From the NCBI GenBank assembly GCA_031403995.1, contig JANNGS010000069.1:15311-79310 (forward strand): a stretch of 64,000 nt of DNA, written 5' to 3'. A model generated the notes under the pieces. The model was given only the letters and a program-made list of their open reading frames with translations. It did no database searches and was not told the origin of the DNA. The position numbers and the translations under genes are program-made. Each line of letters opens with the position of its first letter. The stretch's first letter is position 1. Source of the stretch: Thermoanaerobaculia bacterium. GTDB lineage: Bacteria > Acidobacteriota > Thermoanaerobaculia > Multivoradales > JAGPDF01. Below, piece after piece: positions 1 through 9,981 of this stretch.

Positions 1-447
1 GCCCTGATCGACCTCGGGGACGCCCTCGATCCCCAGTCCGCCGCTCCCGCCGGCATCGATTGGACGCGGCTGCTCTGGGCCCGGCCACGCGCCGTCCGCG
101 AGGCCCTCGCCGCGACCGAGGCAGCGCTCACCGGCGGGCTGCCCCTCGTCCTCCTCGATCTCGGGTTGCCACCGTTGCCGGGCGGACGCGGCGCCGAGGC
201 GATGTGGCTCCGCCTGGCACGCAGCGCCCGCCAGCACGATGCCCTGCTCGTCGTCACCTCGCCCTACCGGGTCGCCGGGCCGGCCGCCTCGACGGTGCTC
301 GAGCTCACCCGCGGCCACGCCCGGTGGAGCGGCGCCGGCGCCGCGCCGCGCCTGCTCGCGGGAGCCGACGGGCGGCTCACCCTGACCAAGGCCCATCGCC
401 TTCTCGCCCCGCAGGCGCAAGCGCTCCGTCTGGCGCTCCCGGCATGA
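1..447 (+). CDS. imuA: ImuA/RecA-like mutasome accessory protein (5' partial, runs off the window)
   Basis: Frame +1 is open from base 1: ALIDLGDALDPQSAAPAGIDWTRLLWARP...LVLLDLG...WLRLARSA, which is RecA/ImuA-like. The stop overlaps the imuB start (ATGA, 444-447). Confidence 0.75.
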   Translation, partial: ALIDLGDALDPQSAAPAGIDWTRLLWARPRAVREALAATEAALTGGLPLVLLDLGLPPLPGGRGAEAMWLRLARSARQHDALLVVTSPYRVAGPAASTVLELTRGHARWSGAGAAPRLLAGADGRLTLTKAHRLLAPQAQALRLALPA

Positions 448-2072
448 GCCGCCTGGCCTGCCTGCTGGTACCGCTCTTCCCGCTCGCCGCGCGCCTGCGC
501 GCCGAGCCGGAGCTCGCCGGGGAGGCGCTCGCCGTGACCGCCGGCAACGGCGCCGCAGCCCTGATCGTCGCCGCCACCCGTAGCGCCCGCCGCCTCGGCG
601 TCACGACCGGCATGACGCTCACCCAGGCGCGGGCTCTGGTGCCGAAGCTCGCGGCGAGGAACCGCGACGGCGCCTGCGAGCGCGCCGCCCAGGAAGCGCT
701 CGCCGAGATCGCCGAGCGCTTCTCGCCGCGGATCGAGACCGCGGGGCCCGGGCTCGTCTTCCTCGATGCCGACGGCCTGGCCGGACGTTTCCACCCCGGT
801 TCTCCTCCGACGCAAAACTCGACACCCGAGCACGAGCTCGGCCGTGCGCTCCTCGCCGCGGCCCGGCACGCCGGCTTGCCGGCCCGGGTGGGCATCGCCG
901 GCAGCAAGCTCGCCGCACAGGTGGCCGCCCAGACCGCCACTGGCTCCGATGCCGGCGACGATGCAGCACCGCGCGTCGTCGCCGCCGGCGACGAAGCCCG
1001 GTTCCTGGCGCCATTGCCGCTCGCGCGCCTCGCGCCGGAGCTCCGGCTGGGCGAGACCCTCACCCGCTGGGGAATCAGATCGATCGGCGATTTCGCCCGC
1101 CTTCCCGCCGCCGAAGTGGTGAGCCGGCTGGGACCCGCAGGCGCGGAGCTCCACACCGTCGCGCGCGGCGTCGATCCACGGCCGCTTCTCCCCCGCGAAC
1201 CGCCGCTCGATCTCACCGAGGGCAGCGAGCTCGAGTGGCCTCTGGTGACGCTCGAGCCGTTCCTCTTCCTCGCCCATGCGGCCCTCGACCGCATCTCACG
1301 GCGGCTCGAGATACGCGGCCTGGGATGCGCCCACCTCGCCCTCGAGCTCACCCTCGAGCCCGCCGGGCACGACGCGCGCGCCTGGGAGCTGCCCGCGCCG
1401 ACGCGCGATACGAAGACCCTCCTCACCCTCGTCCGGCTCGCGCTCGAAGCCCGTCCGCCGGGCGCCGCGAGCGCCGAAGGCGCGGTGGCGATCGCCGCCT
1501 TCCTTTTCACTGCGACCCCCGATCGCACGCGACCGGAGCAGGGCACGCTCTTCGGCCCGCCGGCGCTCTCGCCGGAGCGGCTGGCGACGACGCTCGCCCG
1601 GCTCTTCGCCCTGCTCGGACCCGACCGCGTCGGGTCGCCGCGGCCGGTCGACGGCCACCGGCCAGAGCGCCTCGCGCTGGTGCCGTTCGCGCCGCCGGCG
1701 GCCCCCATGATTCTCAAACGAGTGCCGCGCGCCGCAACACCGCCACCGTCCGCCTCCGGCAAAGGTCTGCTCGCAGTGCGCACCTTGCGACCGCCGATCG
1801 AGCTCGAAGTGCTGGTCGAGCCGCGCCCTGCCGATCGCGAGCCCGCACCGACCCACATCCAGAGTCTCGCGAACGAGAGCAACGACAAGCGCCCCACCAT
1901 CGCCGGCGCGGTGCGCATCGCCGCCGGTCCCTGGCAACTCGAAGAGGGCTGGTGGAGCGATCGGCCGGTGGCGCGCGAATACTGGGACGTCGAGCTCGAC
2001 GCCGCCGGCCTCTTCCGCATCTACCGCGACGTCGCAACCGGCCGCTGGTCCGCCGACGGGGTCTACGACTGA
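444..2072 (+). CDS. imuB: ImuB, catalytically inactive Y-family DNA polymerase homologue
   Basis: True start is ATG 444 (MSRLACLLVPLFPL). Motifs GMTLTQARAL, FSPRIE, VGIAGSKLAA, WGIRSIGDFA and the C-terminal AGPW...WW...REYWDVEL...RIYRD...W..DGVYD. Lacks the N-terminal catalytic D-x-D-x-F motif. Confidence 0.85.
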   Translation: MSRLACLLVPLFPLAARLRAEPELAGEALAVTAGNGAAALIVAATRSARRLGVTTGMTLTQARALVPKLAARNRDGACERAAQEALAEIAERFSPRIETAGPGLVFLDADGLAGRFHPGSPPTQNSTPEHELGRALLAAARHAGLPARVGIAGSKLAAQVAAQTATGSDAGDDAAPRVVAAGDEARFLAPLPLARLAPELRLGETLTRWGIRSIGDFARLPAAEVVSRLGPAGAELHTVARGVDPRPLLPREPPLDLTEGSELEWPLVTLEPFLFLAHAALDRISRRLEIRGLGCAHLALELTLEPAGHDARAWELPAPTRDTKTLLTLVRLALEARPPGAASAEGAVAIAAFLFTATPDRTRPEQGTLFGPPALSPERLATTLARLFALLGPDRVGSPRPVDGHRPERLALVPFAPPAAPMILKRVPRAATPPPSASGKGLLAVRTLRPPIELEVLVEPRPADREPAPTHIQSLANESNDKRPTIAGAVRIAAGPWQLEEGWWSDRPVAREYWDVELDAAGLFRIYRDVATGRWSADGVYD

Positions 2073-2137
2073 GGCTGACTCTGTGCCGCAGTTCCTGCGG
2101 AGGACGCGAGCCCCTGTGATACCTTTCCGCCCCGATC

Positions 2138-4510
2138 GTGAGCGAGCTGGCCAACCTCCCCGAGCGAGTCCTCGAAGCGCTGGACGATGCCGTCATCGTC
2201 ATCGACGCGGAGGGGACGATTCTATGGACGAGCTCCCGCGCCGAGGCGCTCTGGGGTTACACTCCGGCCGAGGTCCTGCGCAAGAAACTGCAGCTCCTCA
2301 TCTCCTTCGAAACCAGCGATCTGCTGCCGGACAACGGCGGCGACGGCTCTCGCCTGCGCCCGCTCGAGGCCTACCGCAAGAACGGCACCACCTTTCCGGT
2401 CGGCGTCGTTCAGGTCACCGCGCTCACCGGCCCCGGCAAGCGCATCCTGGTGCTGATCCGCGACCTCTCGGAGATCCGCCAGGCTCGCGAGCGCCTGCGC
2501 CAGCTCGAGAAGGCGCTCGAGACCGCCCAGGTCGGCGTCGCGATCACCGACCGCAACCTCGCCGTGCTGTGGGCCAACCCGGCGCTCGCCGACATGCACG
2601 GCGCCGGCCGCGAGAAAGTCGTCGGGCGCAAGCTCGCCGAGTTCCTGCCGGCCGATCTCCACGATCTCGACTTCCGCAACCTCGCGGGGTTGAAGAGCCT
2701 GCGCCGCGAGGGCGAGAACCATCGTCTCGACGGCTCCACCTTCCCGGTCGAGCTGCTCTTCGATCTCGTCCTCGACGAGCAGAACGAGCCCTCGGGGGTC
2801 GTCGCCGTCTGCCAGGACATCAGCGAGCGCCGGCGGGCGGAAGAAGCTCTGCACGACAGTGAGGAGCGCTACGCCCTGGCGGTCCGTGGCGCCAACGACG
2901 GCATCTGGGACTGGGACCTCGCGAGCGACGAGATCTACTATTCGAATCGCTGGAAGTCGATGCTCGGACTCGATGAGGAAGAGATCCCGCCGACTCCCGA
3001 CGCCTGGTTCTCGCGCGTCCATCCGGAAGACCTCCCGCGACTGCGCGCCCACCTCGAGCGCCACCTTGCCGGTACCGCGGAGATGTTCGAAGTCGAGCAC
3101 CGCATCGAACACCGCGATGGCAACTACCGCTGGATGCTGGCGCGCGGCCTCGCCCTCCACGGCAGCGACGGCAAACCCTGCCGCATCGCCGGTTCACAGA
3201 CCGACATCACCGATCGCAAAGTCCACGACCCGCTCACCGGACTGCCGAACCGCGCGCTGTTCCTCGACCGGCTCGAGCGCGCCAAGGCGCGCGCCAAACG
3301 CGGCAGTCGAAGTCTCTTCGGGGTTCTCTTCCTCGACCTCGACCGGTTCAAGGTGGTCAACGACAGTCTCGGGCATCCGGTCGGCGACCATCTCCTCGTG
3401 GCGGTCGCCGGACGGATCGAATCGTGCATCCGCCCCGGTGACACCGTGGCGCGGCTGGGCGGCGACGAGTTCGCGGTCCTCCTCGAAGAGATCTCGGAGT
3501 TCGACGAAGCCACCGAGATTGCAAGCCGCGTGCACGCGGCCTTCACGCATTCCTTCGCTATCGGCGAGCGCGAGCTTTTCGTCACCGTGTCGATCGGCAT
3601 CTCCCTCGGCAGCTCCGAGAGCGGAGATCTGGCCGAGCTCCTGCGCGACGCCGATACGGCGATGTATCGCGCCAAGATCGCCGGCCGCGGCCGCTCGCAG
3701 GTCTTCACCGGCGAGATGCGCAGCGAGGTCCTGGCGCAGCTGCAGCTCGAGAACGACCTCCGCCGCGCGGTCGAGCGGCAGGAGTTCGAGGTCTACTATC
3801 AACCCATCCTCACTCTGAAGAGCGCGGCCATCGACGGCTTCGAGGCCCTGGTGCGCTGGCACCACCCCGAACGCGGTCTGGTCGAGCCCGCCAGCTTCAT
3901 CAGCGCCGCCGAGGAGACCGGCATCATCGTGCCGCTCGGCATGTGGGTGCTCGAGCAGGCCTGTCGTCAGCTCTGTCTGTGGAGAGAGGCCGATCCGGCA
4001 TGGGCGGGCCTCACCATGAGCGTCAATCTCTCGCCCAAGCTCTTCGCCCAGCCCAACCTGGTGCGCGAGATCGCCGCCACCCTCGAGCGCGTCGGTTTGC
4101 CGCCGCGGTTGCTCAAGCTCGAGCTCACCGAAGGCATCCTGGTCCACAATCCGCACGCCGCCAACGCCATGCTCAAGGAGCTGCGTGCGATGGGCATCGC
4201 GGTCTGCATCGACGACTTCGGCACCGGCTACTCTTCCCTCTCCTACCTCACCAATCTGAACGTCGACGTGCTCAAGATCGACCGTTCGTTCATCAACAAC
4301 CTCTCGAGCGGCACCGACGGCGCCGAAATGGTGCGCAACATCGTCCGCCTCGCCACCGGCCTCGGTCTCGCGGTGGTCGCGGAAGGGGTCGAAACCCTCG
4401 ACCAGCGCGACCAGCTCGCGGCGATGGACTGCGAGTTCGTCCAGGGATTCCACTTCAGCCGGCCAGTCGACGCCGGCACGGTCTGGGCGAAGCTACTCCA
4501 CCACGGCTGA
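2138..4510 (+). CDS. PAS-PAS-PAS/PAC GGDEF-EAL diguanylate cyclase/phosphodiesterase
   Basis: HDPLTGLPNR, RPGD(I-site)TVARLGGDEF, FEALVRW and DDFGTGYSSLSYL motifs; three PAS-like segments. Confidence 0.93.
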   Translation: MSELANLPERVLEALDDAVIVIDAEGTILWTSSRAEALWGYTPAEVLRKKLQLLISFETSDLLPDNGGDGSRLRPLEAYRKNGTTFPVGVVQVTALTGPGKRILVLIRDLSEIRQARERLRQLEKALETAQVGVAITDRNLAVLWANPALADMHGAGREKVVGRKLAEFLPADLHDLDFRNLAGLKSLRREGENHRLDGSTFPVELLFDLVLDEQNEPSGVVAVCQDISERRRAEEALHDSEERYALAVRGANDGIWDWDLASDEIYYSNRWKSMLGLDEEEIPPTPDAWFSRVHPEDLPRLRAHLERHLAGTAEMFEVEHRIEHRDGNYRWMLARGLALHGSDGKPCRIAGSQTDITDRKVHDPLTGLPNRALFLDRLERAKARAKRGSRSLFGVLFLDLDRFKVVNDSLGHPVGDHLLVAVAGRIESCIRPGDTVARLGGDEFAVLLEEISEFDEATEIASRVHAAFTHSFAIGERELFVTVSIGISLGSSESGDLAELLRDADTAMYRAKIAGRGRSQVFTGEMRSEVLAQLQLENDLRRAVERQEFEVYYQPILTLKSAAIDGFEALVRWHHPERGLVEPASFISAAEETGIIVPLGMWVLEQACRQLCLWREADPAWAGLTMSVNLSPKLFAQPNLVREIAATLERVGLPPRLLKLELTEGILVHNPHAANAMLKELRAMGIAVCIDDFGTGYSSLSYLTNLNVDVLKIDRSFINNLSSGTDGAEMVRNIVRLATGLGLAVVAEGVETLDQRDQLAAMDCEFVQGFHFSRPVDAGTVWAKLLHHG

Positions 4511-5176
4511 GCCGCCACCGCCCTCGGGGCGGGCGCCGTCCAGAGGCTGCGACCCATCGCCGTGCGCCGGATCGGAGCGTGGGCTTCGGGGCGCGAGGCA
4601 GGTGCGCGCGATCCAGTCTCCGGGCAGAAACAGCAGCGCCGCAGCGAGCGGAACGGCCACGAAGGCGAAAACGAGCGGCTCGAGGAGCGTCTGCGGCAGG
4701 CCGAACGGCGCGAACATCCAGTTCAGATTCTGCTCGCGCGTGCCGGCGAGGACCCCGAGCGGAAAGAGCACTCCGGCGATCGCGGTCTGGAGCTTCCAGC
4801 CGCGCCGGTCGTAGCCCACCCGGCGCACCAGCCAGATGAGCAGCGGAATCGTCCACAGGTGAAAAAGCGAGAGCGACCGCAACCAGAGCGGCTTCGCCGG
4901 GTCGAACATGTACTCCGTGCCGCCGACCGGATGGAAGCGAAAAAGCAGGGCGGAGGTGAAATCCACCGCCCAGACCACCTGGATCAGGAACACACCGGAA
5001 AGCTGCGATGACGCGAGCAGCGGGCTTTCGATCCAGATCGCCCCCAGCAGGACCCAATTCGCGAAATCGCACAGCCACAGAAAATTCGCCGGCCCGTTCT
5101 GCTGCCAGTAGACCGGCACCCAGACCACCATCCAGGCGGTATAGAGGAGCTTCACGGCGAGCGGGATCCGGTTCAT
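4493..5176 (-). CDS. Hypothetical integral membrane protein
   Basis: 227 aa with multiple hydrophobic helices; NFLWLCD, GGTEYMFD, SLFH and NLNW segments look conserved. Confidence 0.7.
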   Translation of the reverse strand: MNRIPLAVKLLYTAWMVVWVPVYWQQNGPANFLWLCDFANWVLLGAIWIESPLLASSQLSGVFLIQVVWAVDFTSALLFRFHPVGGTEYMFDPAKPLWLRSLSLFHLWTIPLLIWLVRRVGYDRRGWKLQTAIAGVLFPLGVLAGTREQNLNWMFAPFGLPQTLLEPLVFAFVAVPLAAALLFLPGDWIARTCLAPRSPRSDPAHGDGSQPLDGARPEGGGGSAVVE

Positions 5177-5200
5177 TGGCAGACAGAGGGTTTCGCGACG

Positions 5201-5240
5201 AAAAACGAACGGGCTGGAACCCGCGAGGATTCCAGCCCGG
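5201..5240 (-). terminator. Intrinsic terminator after the TonB-dependent receptor gene
   Basis: Stem cgggctggaa (5210-5219) / ttccagcccg (5230-5239). The A-run at 5201-5205 reads as a U-tract on the minus strand. Confidence 0.6.
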
Positions 5241-5265
5241 GATTCTCGTTCGAAGCCGCGTCAGG

Positions 5266-7335
5266 TCAGAAGCGGAAACCGACCTGGCCGATGATCTTGC
5301 GCGAGATGATGTCGCCGTAATAGTGCTGCTGGATATCCTCGTCGAAGACGTTCGAGCCGATCACCTGCAGGGTCATGCGCTCGTCGAGGAGGCGGAAACC
5401 GACGCCGAGGTTGACCTGGGTGAAGGCGTCGGTGAATCCGACGGCGAGCGGCACGTCGGCCCAGAAGGCCTCGTCCTGGTAGTTGACGTTGGTGTTGACG
5501 AAGAAGCCCCCGTTGTCGAACGAGAGCCCGAAGTTGGCGCGATACTCCGGCGGACGGTTCTGCGAGGTCTCCGCGTCATCGATACCCTTGAAGGTCGGCT
5601 CGTCCTGCCAGGAGCCGTTGGCGAACCAGGACCAATTGGTGCCGATGCGCTGCTGGAAGGTGAGCTCGACGCCCTGGTCCGTGGTCTCACCGATGTTGCG
5701 GTAGCTGAAGTTGGAAGGGATCAGGCCGGCGAGGCCGCGGTTCGGGCAGGAGGCCGGACCGGTGCCGGGCGCGAACAGGAAGCAGAAGGCAAGTGTCGGC
5801 GGCAACGGCGGCGGGATCAGGCCGAGGGGGAGATTTCCCGGTCCATAGACTCGCGAGGTGTAGAAGTCGATCGAGTCCTCGGTGACGTTGTGGTACGCCG
5901 CGATCGTCACCGTCAGGCCGTTTTTGAACGATCCGACATACCCGACCTCGTACGCCGTCAAATGCTCCTCGACCAGACTGACGTTGCCATCGGCGGTCGC
6001 CGGCAGCAGCAGCGGCGCCGAGCCGACGAGGATCGTGGCGTCGAGGTACTGGTTGATGACCGAGGGCGTGCGGAACGCCTCGTTGTACGAGAGCCGGAAG
6101 GTATGGTTCGGATTCGGCGCGATGAGCAGGCTTGTCCGCGGCGTGAAGACGGGGTCGATCGGATCGATGTCGTCGTAGCGTCCGCCGATCAGCCACCGCA
6201 CCTTGTCGCCGAGCAGGATCTCGTCCTGGAGGAAGACTCCCCACTCCTGCTTCTTCGTTCCTTCGGGAGCAATCTCGAGGTCGAACTTGCTGTCGCGGTA
6301 GCTCGCGCCGTAGGTGAAGATGTTGTGCGCCCCGGCGACCGTGGTGTTCGAGGCGTCGAGGTTGTAGGTGTCGGTCGAGAACTTGAAGCCGAGCGGCTGG
6401 CCGTCTCTGCCGATGCTCACCAGGTTCGACGAGTCGGCCTCGAGGAAATTGGCGAAGAAGCCGACGCGGAAGGCCGACTTGTTCCAGTCGAGCTTGCCGA
6501 AAGAGAGATCCGAGCCCTTCTTGATGTCGAACGGACCGATGCCGGTGTGAATGATGCCGTCGGTGCCGGCATATCCGGCGCCCACCGAGAAGACACTGGC
6601 GTCGTCGAGGTCCCAATCGAAGCGTACCTCGCCTTTTGGCTGCGCCGTGCCCTCGTTCTCGAAGTTCTGCACCCCGGGGATCACCGGGCGCTCGTAGGCG
6701 TCCTGCTCGTAGTAGCCGCCGGAGATCTTGTAGCCGAAGCTCTCCGAAACGCCGGCGTGGGCGATGCTGCCGAAGGCAGTGCTGAGCTCGCCGCCGCCGA
6801 AAAGCAGACTGGTGCCGACCATCTCCTTCGGACGCTTGGTGATCAGGTTGATCACGCCGGTCATGGCGTTGGCGCCCCAGACCGCGCTGCCCGGTCCACG
6901 GACCGCTTCGATCTGCTTGATCTCGGTGGGGTTCACCGGCAGGAAGTCCCACATCACGAAGCCGAAGAAGTCGAGATAGAGCGACCGGCCATCGACGAGC
7001 ACCAACTGCGAGGTCGACAGGGTGTTCGTCGAGCCGCGCGCCGTCATGTTGAAGTCACGGGCGCTGGTCTGCGACACGTTGAGGCCCGGAACGTTGCGCA
7101 GCAGTGCGCCGTAGCTGTCGGCCGGAATCGATTCGATGTCCTTGGCCGTCAGCACCGAGATCGCCGCCGGAGCCTCGTTCAAGGGCTGCTCGGTGCGCGA
7201 TGCGGTGACGACGATGACCTCCTCGATCTTTTCCTCGGGTTCTTCTGCGACCGGAGCCTCTTCCTGCGCCATCGCCGGAGCGACGGCCAGCGCCAGCGCT
7301 GCGAGTACGGCTGACCACAAGCGCTTCTGATCCAT
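5266..7335 (-). CDS. TonB-dependent outer-membrane receptor
   Basis: Signal peptide, EVIVVTASRTEQ TonB-box region, plug motifs VLVDGR and IEAVRGPGSAVWGANAMTGVINLITK, C-terminal Phe (GFRF). Confidence 0.93.
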   Translation of the reverse strand: MDQKRLWSAVLAALALAVAPAMAQEEAPVAEEPEEKIEEVIVVTASRTEQPLNEAPAAISVLTAKDIESIPADSYGALLRNVPGLNVSQTSARDFNMTARGSTNTLSTSQLVLVDGRSLYLDFFGFVMWDFLPVNPTEIKQIEAVRGPGSAVWGANAMTGVINLITKRPKEMVGTSLLFGGGELSTAFGSIAHAGVSESFGYKISGGYYEQDAYERPVIPGVQNFENEGTAQPKGEVRFDWDLDDASVFSVGAGYAGTDGIIHTGIGPFDIKKGSDLSFGKLDWNKSAFRVGFFANFLEADSSNLVSIGRDGQPLGFKFSTDTYNLDASNTTVAGAHNIFTYGASYRDSKFDLEIAPEGTKKQEWGVFLQDEILLGDKVRWLIGGRYDDIDPIDPVFTPRTSLLIAPNPNHTFRLSYNEAFRTPSVINQYLDATILVGSAPLLLPATADGNVSLVEEHLTAYEVGYVGSFKNGLTVTIAAYHNVTEDSIDFYTSRVYGPGNLPLGLIPPPLPPTLAFCFLFAPGTGPASCPNRGLAGLIPSNFSYRNIGETTDQGVELTFQQRIGTNWSWFANGSWQDEPTFKGIDDAETSQNRPPEYRANFGLSFDNGGFFVNTNVNYQDEAFWADVPLAVGFTDAFTQVNLGVGFRLLDERMTLQVIGSNVFDEDIQQHYYGDIISRKIIGQVGFRF

Positions 7336-7456
7336 GACTGCCTCCGTAGTGCATTGTAGGGACCGCTTCAGACGGCCCCGATAGCTCGCGATTTCGCTGG
7401 CGCGGATCGTAACCCAGTACGACCCATTCTGCTACCATGACTTCGGAGGTCGCCCA

Positions 7457-8269
7457 GTGCACTCTTTTCGCCACATCGTGATCGGATTCGACGGCCAGGA
7501 GGATGGCCACCGGGCGACGCGCTGGGCACGTGGAGTCGCGCTGCAGTCACCGGGGTCGATCTTGCACCTGACGCATGCGCTGGCGCTTCCAGCGGTACCC
7601 ATGCACTCGCTGCAGCTCTCGGCCGAGGAGCTCCTCGCGGCCGCGGAACGCGACATCCGGTCGCAGCTCGAATCGGTCCGGGACGAGCTCGCCGCGGACG
7701 GATGCGCGGTCGAGGTTCACGTCCGGCGATGGCTTCCGGCCGACACGCTGATCGAACTGGCGGAAGCTCTCGACGGGGCGTTCATCGTAGTCGGCCAGCA
7801 CGGCGGACGGGCGCGCCGGATGCTGATCGGTTCGACGAGCGGACGGGTTTCGCGCGAAGCCCGGGTTCCGGTTGTCGTGGCGCGCGGCGCGGTTCGTCCG
7901 GGTCCGCCGCGGCGCATTCTCGTGGGAACGGACGGCTCGCCCGGAAGCCGCGCCGCGTTGAGCGCTGCCCGCGCCCTCTTCCCCGAAGCCCGGCTCCTCC
8001 TGGCGGGATTCCGGGATCGCAACGGCGGACTCGACGGGCAGGCACTTGCCGACTTCGTGCAGTCGGCCGGAATCGCTCCGGCGCAGGTCGAGCTCCACGC
8101 CGCCCAGGGCGATGCCGCCTCCGCCCTGCTGGCTCTCGCCGCGAGCGCCGACATCGACCTGCTCTGCGCCGGGCGGCGTGGCAGCGGCCCGCTTCTCGAC
8201 CTGCTGCTGGGGAGCGTCTCCGAGAAGCTCCTTCAACTCGCTCCGTGCCCGCTCCTGCTCGCCCATTGA
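7457..8269 (+). CDS. Tandem-domain universal stress protein
   Basis: Two USP domains (HIVIGFDG...GSTSGRV...PVVV and RILVGTDGS...LLGSVSEKLL..APCPLL); GGAGG SD before the GTG start. Confidence 0.88.
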   Translation: MHSFRHIVIGFDGQEDGHRATRWARGVALQSPGSILHLTHALALPAVPMHSLQLSAEELLAAAERDIRSQLESVRDELAADGCAVEVHVRRWLPADTLIELAEALDGAFIVVGQHGGRARRMLIGSTSGRVSREARVPVVVARGAVRPGPPRRILVGTDGSPGSRAALSAARALFPEARLLLAGFRDRNGGLDGQALADFVQSAGIAPAQVELHAAQGDAASALLALAASADIDLLCAGRRGSGPLLDLLLGSVSEKLLQLAPCPLLLAH

Positions 8270-8301
8270 GCCGGGCACCGCTCTTGCTCTGGAGTCCATC
8301 C

Positions 8302-9801
8302 ATGCGCCGCTCTCGACTGACCTCGGTCCCCTGCCGATCCCTGGCTCTCGCGCTGGTTCTCCTGGCGCTGCCGCCCCTCGCCGCGCAGGTCCCGACCTCT
8401 CCGCCACCGTTCGTGGAGACGATCGAGGTGCGGGAGGTCGAGGTGCTGGTCGACATATCGGCCCTGCCGACCTTCGAGTCGATCGGACGCAAGGCGCGCG
8501 CGGACTTCATCGTCGTCGAGGAAGGCGTCGCCCACCCGCTCACCGACCTCGGTACAGGCGATGCATCGCAGTGGATCTTCGTGCTCTATTTCGATTCGGT
8601 CCTCGCCGGCCCCGAGGCTCGGCAGCGCGCGGCGATCGAGCTCGCGGGTCAATCCGAGCGCCTCACTGCCGGCGGTCTGGCCGAGATCGTGATCGCCGAT
8701 CCGTTGCCGCACACCCTGCTGGCGACCGCTTCGGCGGACGCGCTGCGGCGGCAGCTCGACGAGCTCGCGCTGGCGGCAGGCAAGGAGGTGGCGCGAGCCG
8801 AGCCCTCCCTCGAGGCGGCAACGGCGGCGCGGCTGGCCCAGCTCGACCGTCTGACGGTCGAGATCGCGGCGCGCGGCGGCGGCGGCGCGCGCGCCCTGCT
8901 CCTGCCCGTGGGGGCATGGCCGCTCGACCCCGAAGGCCTCGCCCGCCTGACGAATGCGAAGACGGACGCGAGCCTCGAGGCGTCGGAGTTCCAGCCGATC
9001 CGGGAGACGTCCCGCGCCCTCGCTGCCTACGGCTGGGTCACCGTGCCGCTCGCGCTGCGCCCCTTGCGTGACACACCGGAACCGTCCGCCGCCGAGCGCC
9101 GCACGCAGGTCTCGATGGGCGGCGGCGGCGATCAGCGCACGACCGTGCCGATCGTCTCGATCTCGGGCCAGGGCAAGCCGACCGACCCGGCGACCGCCGC
9201 CCAGGTCGACACGCTCACCGACTTCTCGTTGATGCCGTTCGCGGAGCTCGCCCGCGCCAGCTCCGGCGCCTTGATCGGCGATAGCGGACGCCTTCAGGGC
9301 ACGCTCGGCGACCTGCTGCGCCGCCGGCAGTTCACCTACCGCTCGCCCTTCCCGCAACCGGGCCGCCTGCTGGCGCTCGAAGTGCGCTGGAAAGGCGGCG
9401 ACGGCCGCACTCTCGCCGCCCCGCGCTGGCTGCGCTCCTCCACCCCGCCGGAGGTCACCGCCGCCCGCCTCCGCCGCCTGCTCGCCGGCGATGCGGCTCC
9501 GCAGACCCCGCAAGCGGCGGCGACGGCGAATGCGGGCGGCATCCGCTGGAACGCGGAGGCCGGCCGGGTCTGCTTCCCGGGTGACGGCGACAAGCGCTGG
9601 ATCCGCCTCTCGACGGCAACCGAGAAGGACGGCCAGATCCAGATCGCGACCGGACAGCCGGTGCAGCTCGCGCGCACCGCGGCAGGTCTCTGCACCGACG
9701 CGCCAGCGGCGGCGGCGGCGCCCGGAGGCCCCCGCACCGCCCGCCTGGCCGAAGACCTCGAGAACGAGACCTGGACCGGAGCGGTGAACGCAGCTAACTG
9801 A
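8302..9801 (+). CDS. Secreted VWFA-related (Acidobacterial-type) protein, degenerate
   Basis: Start ATG 8302 gives a signal peptide followed by PPFVETIEVREVEVLVD...DFIVVEEG and LARASSG segments. The MIDAS motif looks degenerate. Confidence 0.6.
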   Translation: MRRSRLTSVPCRSLALALVLLALPPLAAQVPTSPPPFVETIEVREVEVLVDISALPTFESIGRKARADFIVVEEGVAHPLTDLGTGDASQWIFVLYFDSVLAGPEARQRAAIELAGQSERLTAGGLAEIVIADPLPHTLLATASADALRRQLDELALAAGKEVARAEPSLEAATAARLAQLDRLTVEIAARGGGGARALLLPVGAWPLDPEGLARLTNAKTDASLEASEFQPIRETSRALAAYGWVTVPLALRPLRDTPEPSAAERRTQVSMGGGGDQRTTVPIVSISGQGKPTDPATAAQVDTLTDFSLMPFAELARASSGALIGDSGRLQGTLGDLLRRRQFTYRSPFPQPGRLLALEVRWKGGDGRTLAAPRWLRSSTPPEVTAARLRRLLAGDAAPQTPQAAATANAGGIRWNAEAGRVCFPGDGDKRWIRLSTATEKDGQIQIATGQPVQLARTAAGLCTDAPAAAAAPGGPRTARLAEDLENETWTGAVNAAN

Positions 9802-9944
9802 AGCGCAGGGCCCGGCAAGACGTCGAATTCCGAGCGACCACCTCCGCCCGACCGACCTTCCGGCGCTGGGGAACCTCATCCATCTACTGAGCTTTTTGCG
9901 CATGAACTCCGGGACAGCCGGGTTTGCGGTACGACGCAGTCTGC

Positions 9945-9981
9945 ATGAAATATTACGCCTTGTTTACGCTATTCTCTGTCC
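9945..9981 (+). promoter_or_regulatory. dnaE2 promoter (probably leaderless) with an 11-bp-period TTACGC direct repeat, a putative SOS operator
   Basis: AT-rich island. TTACGC at 9953-9958 and 9964-9969; -10-like TATTCT at 9970-9975, 6 nt before ATG 9982. Confidence 0.55.

Noticed and set aside
60-443. 128-aa N-terminal extension of ImuB in the ORF track
   Set aside because: It is an Arg/Pro-rich off-frame read of imuA. The ATGA coupling at 444 marks the real start.
2073-9981. Mobile element interrupting the imu cassette
   Set aside because: I found no integrase, transposase or flanking direct repeats, and the composition resembles the rest of the window.
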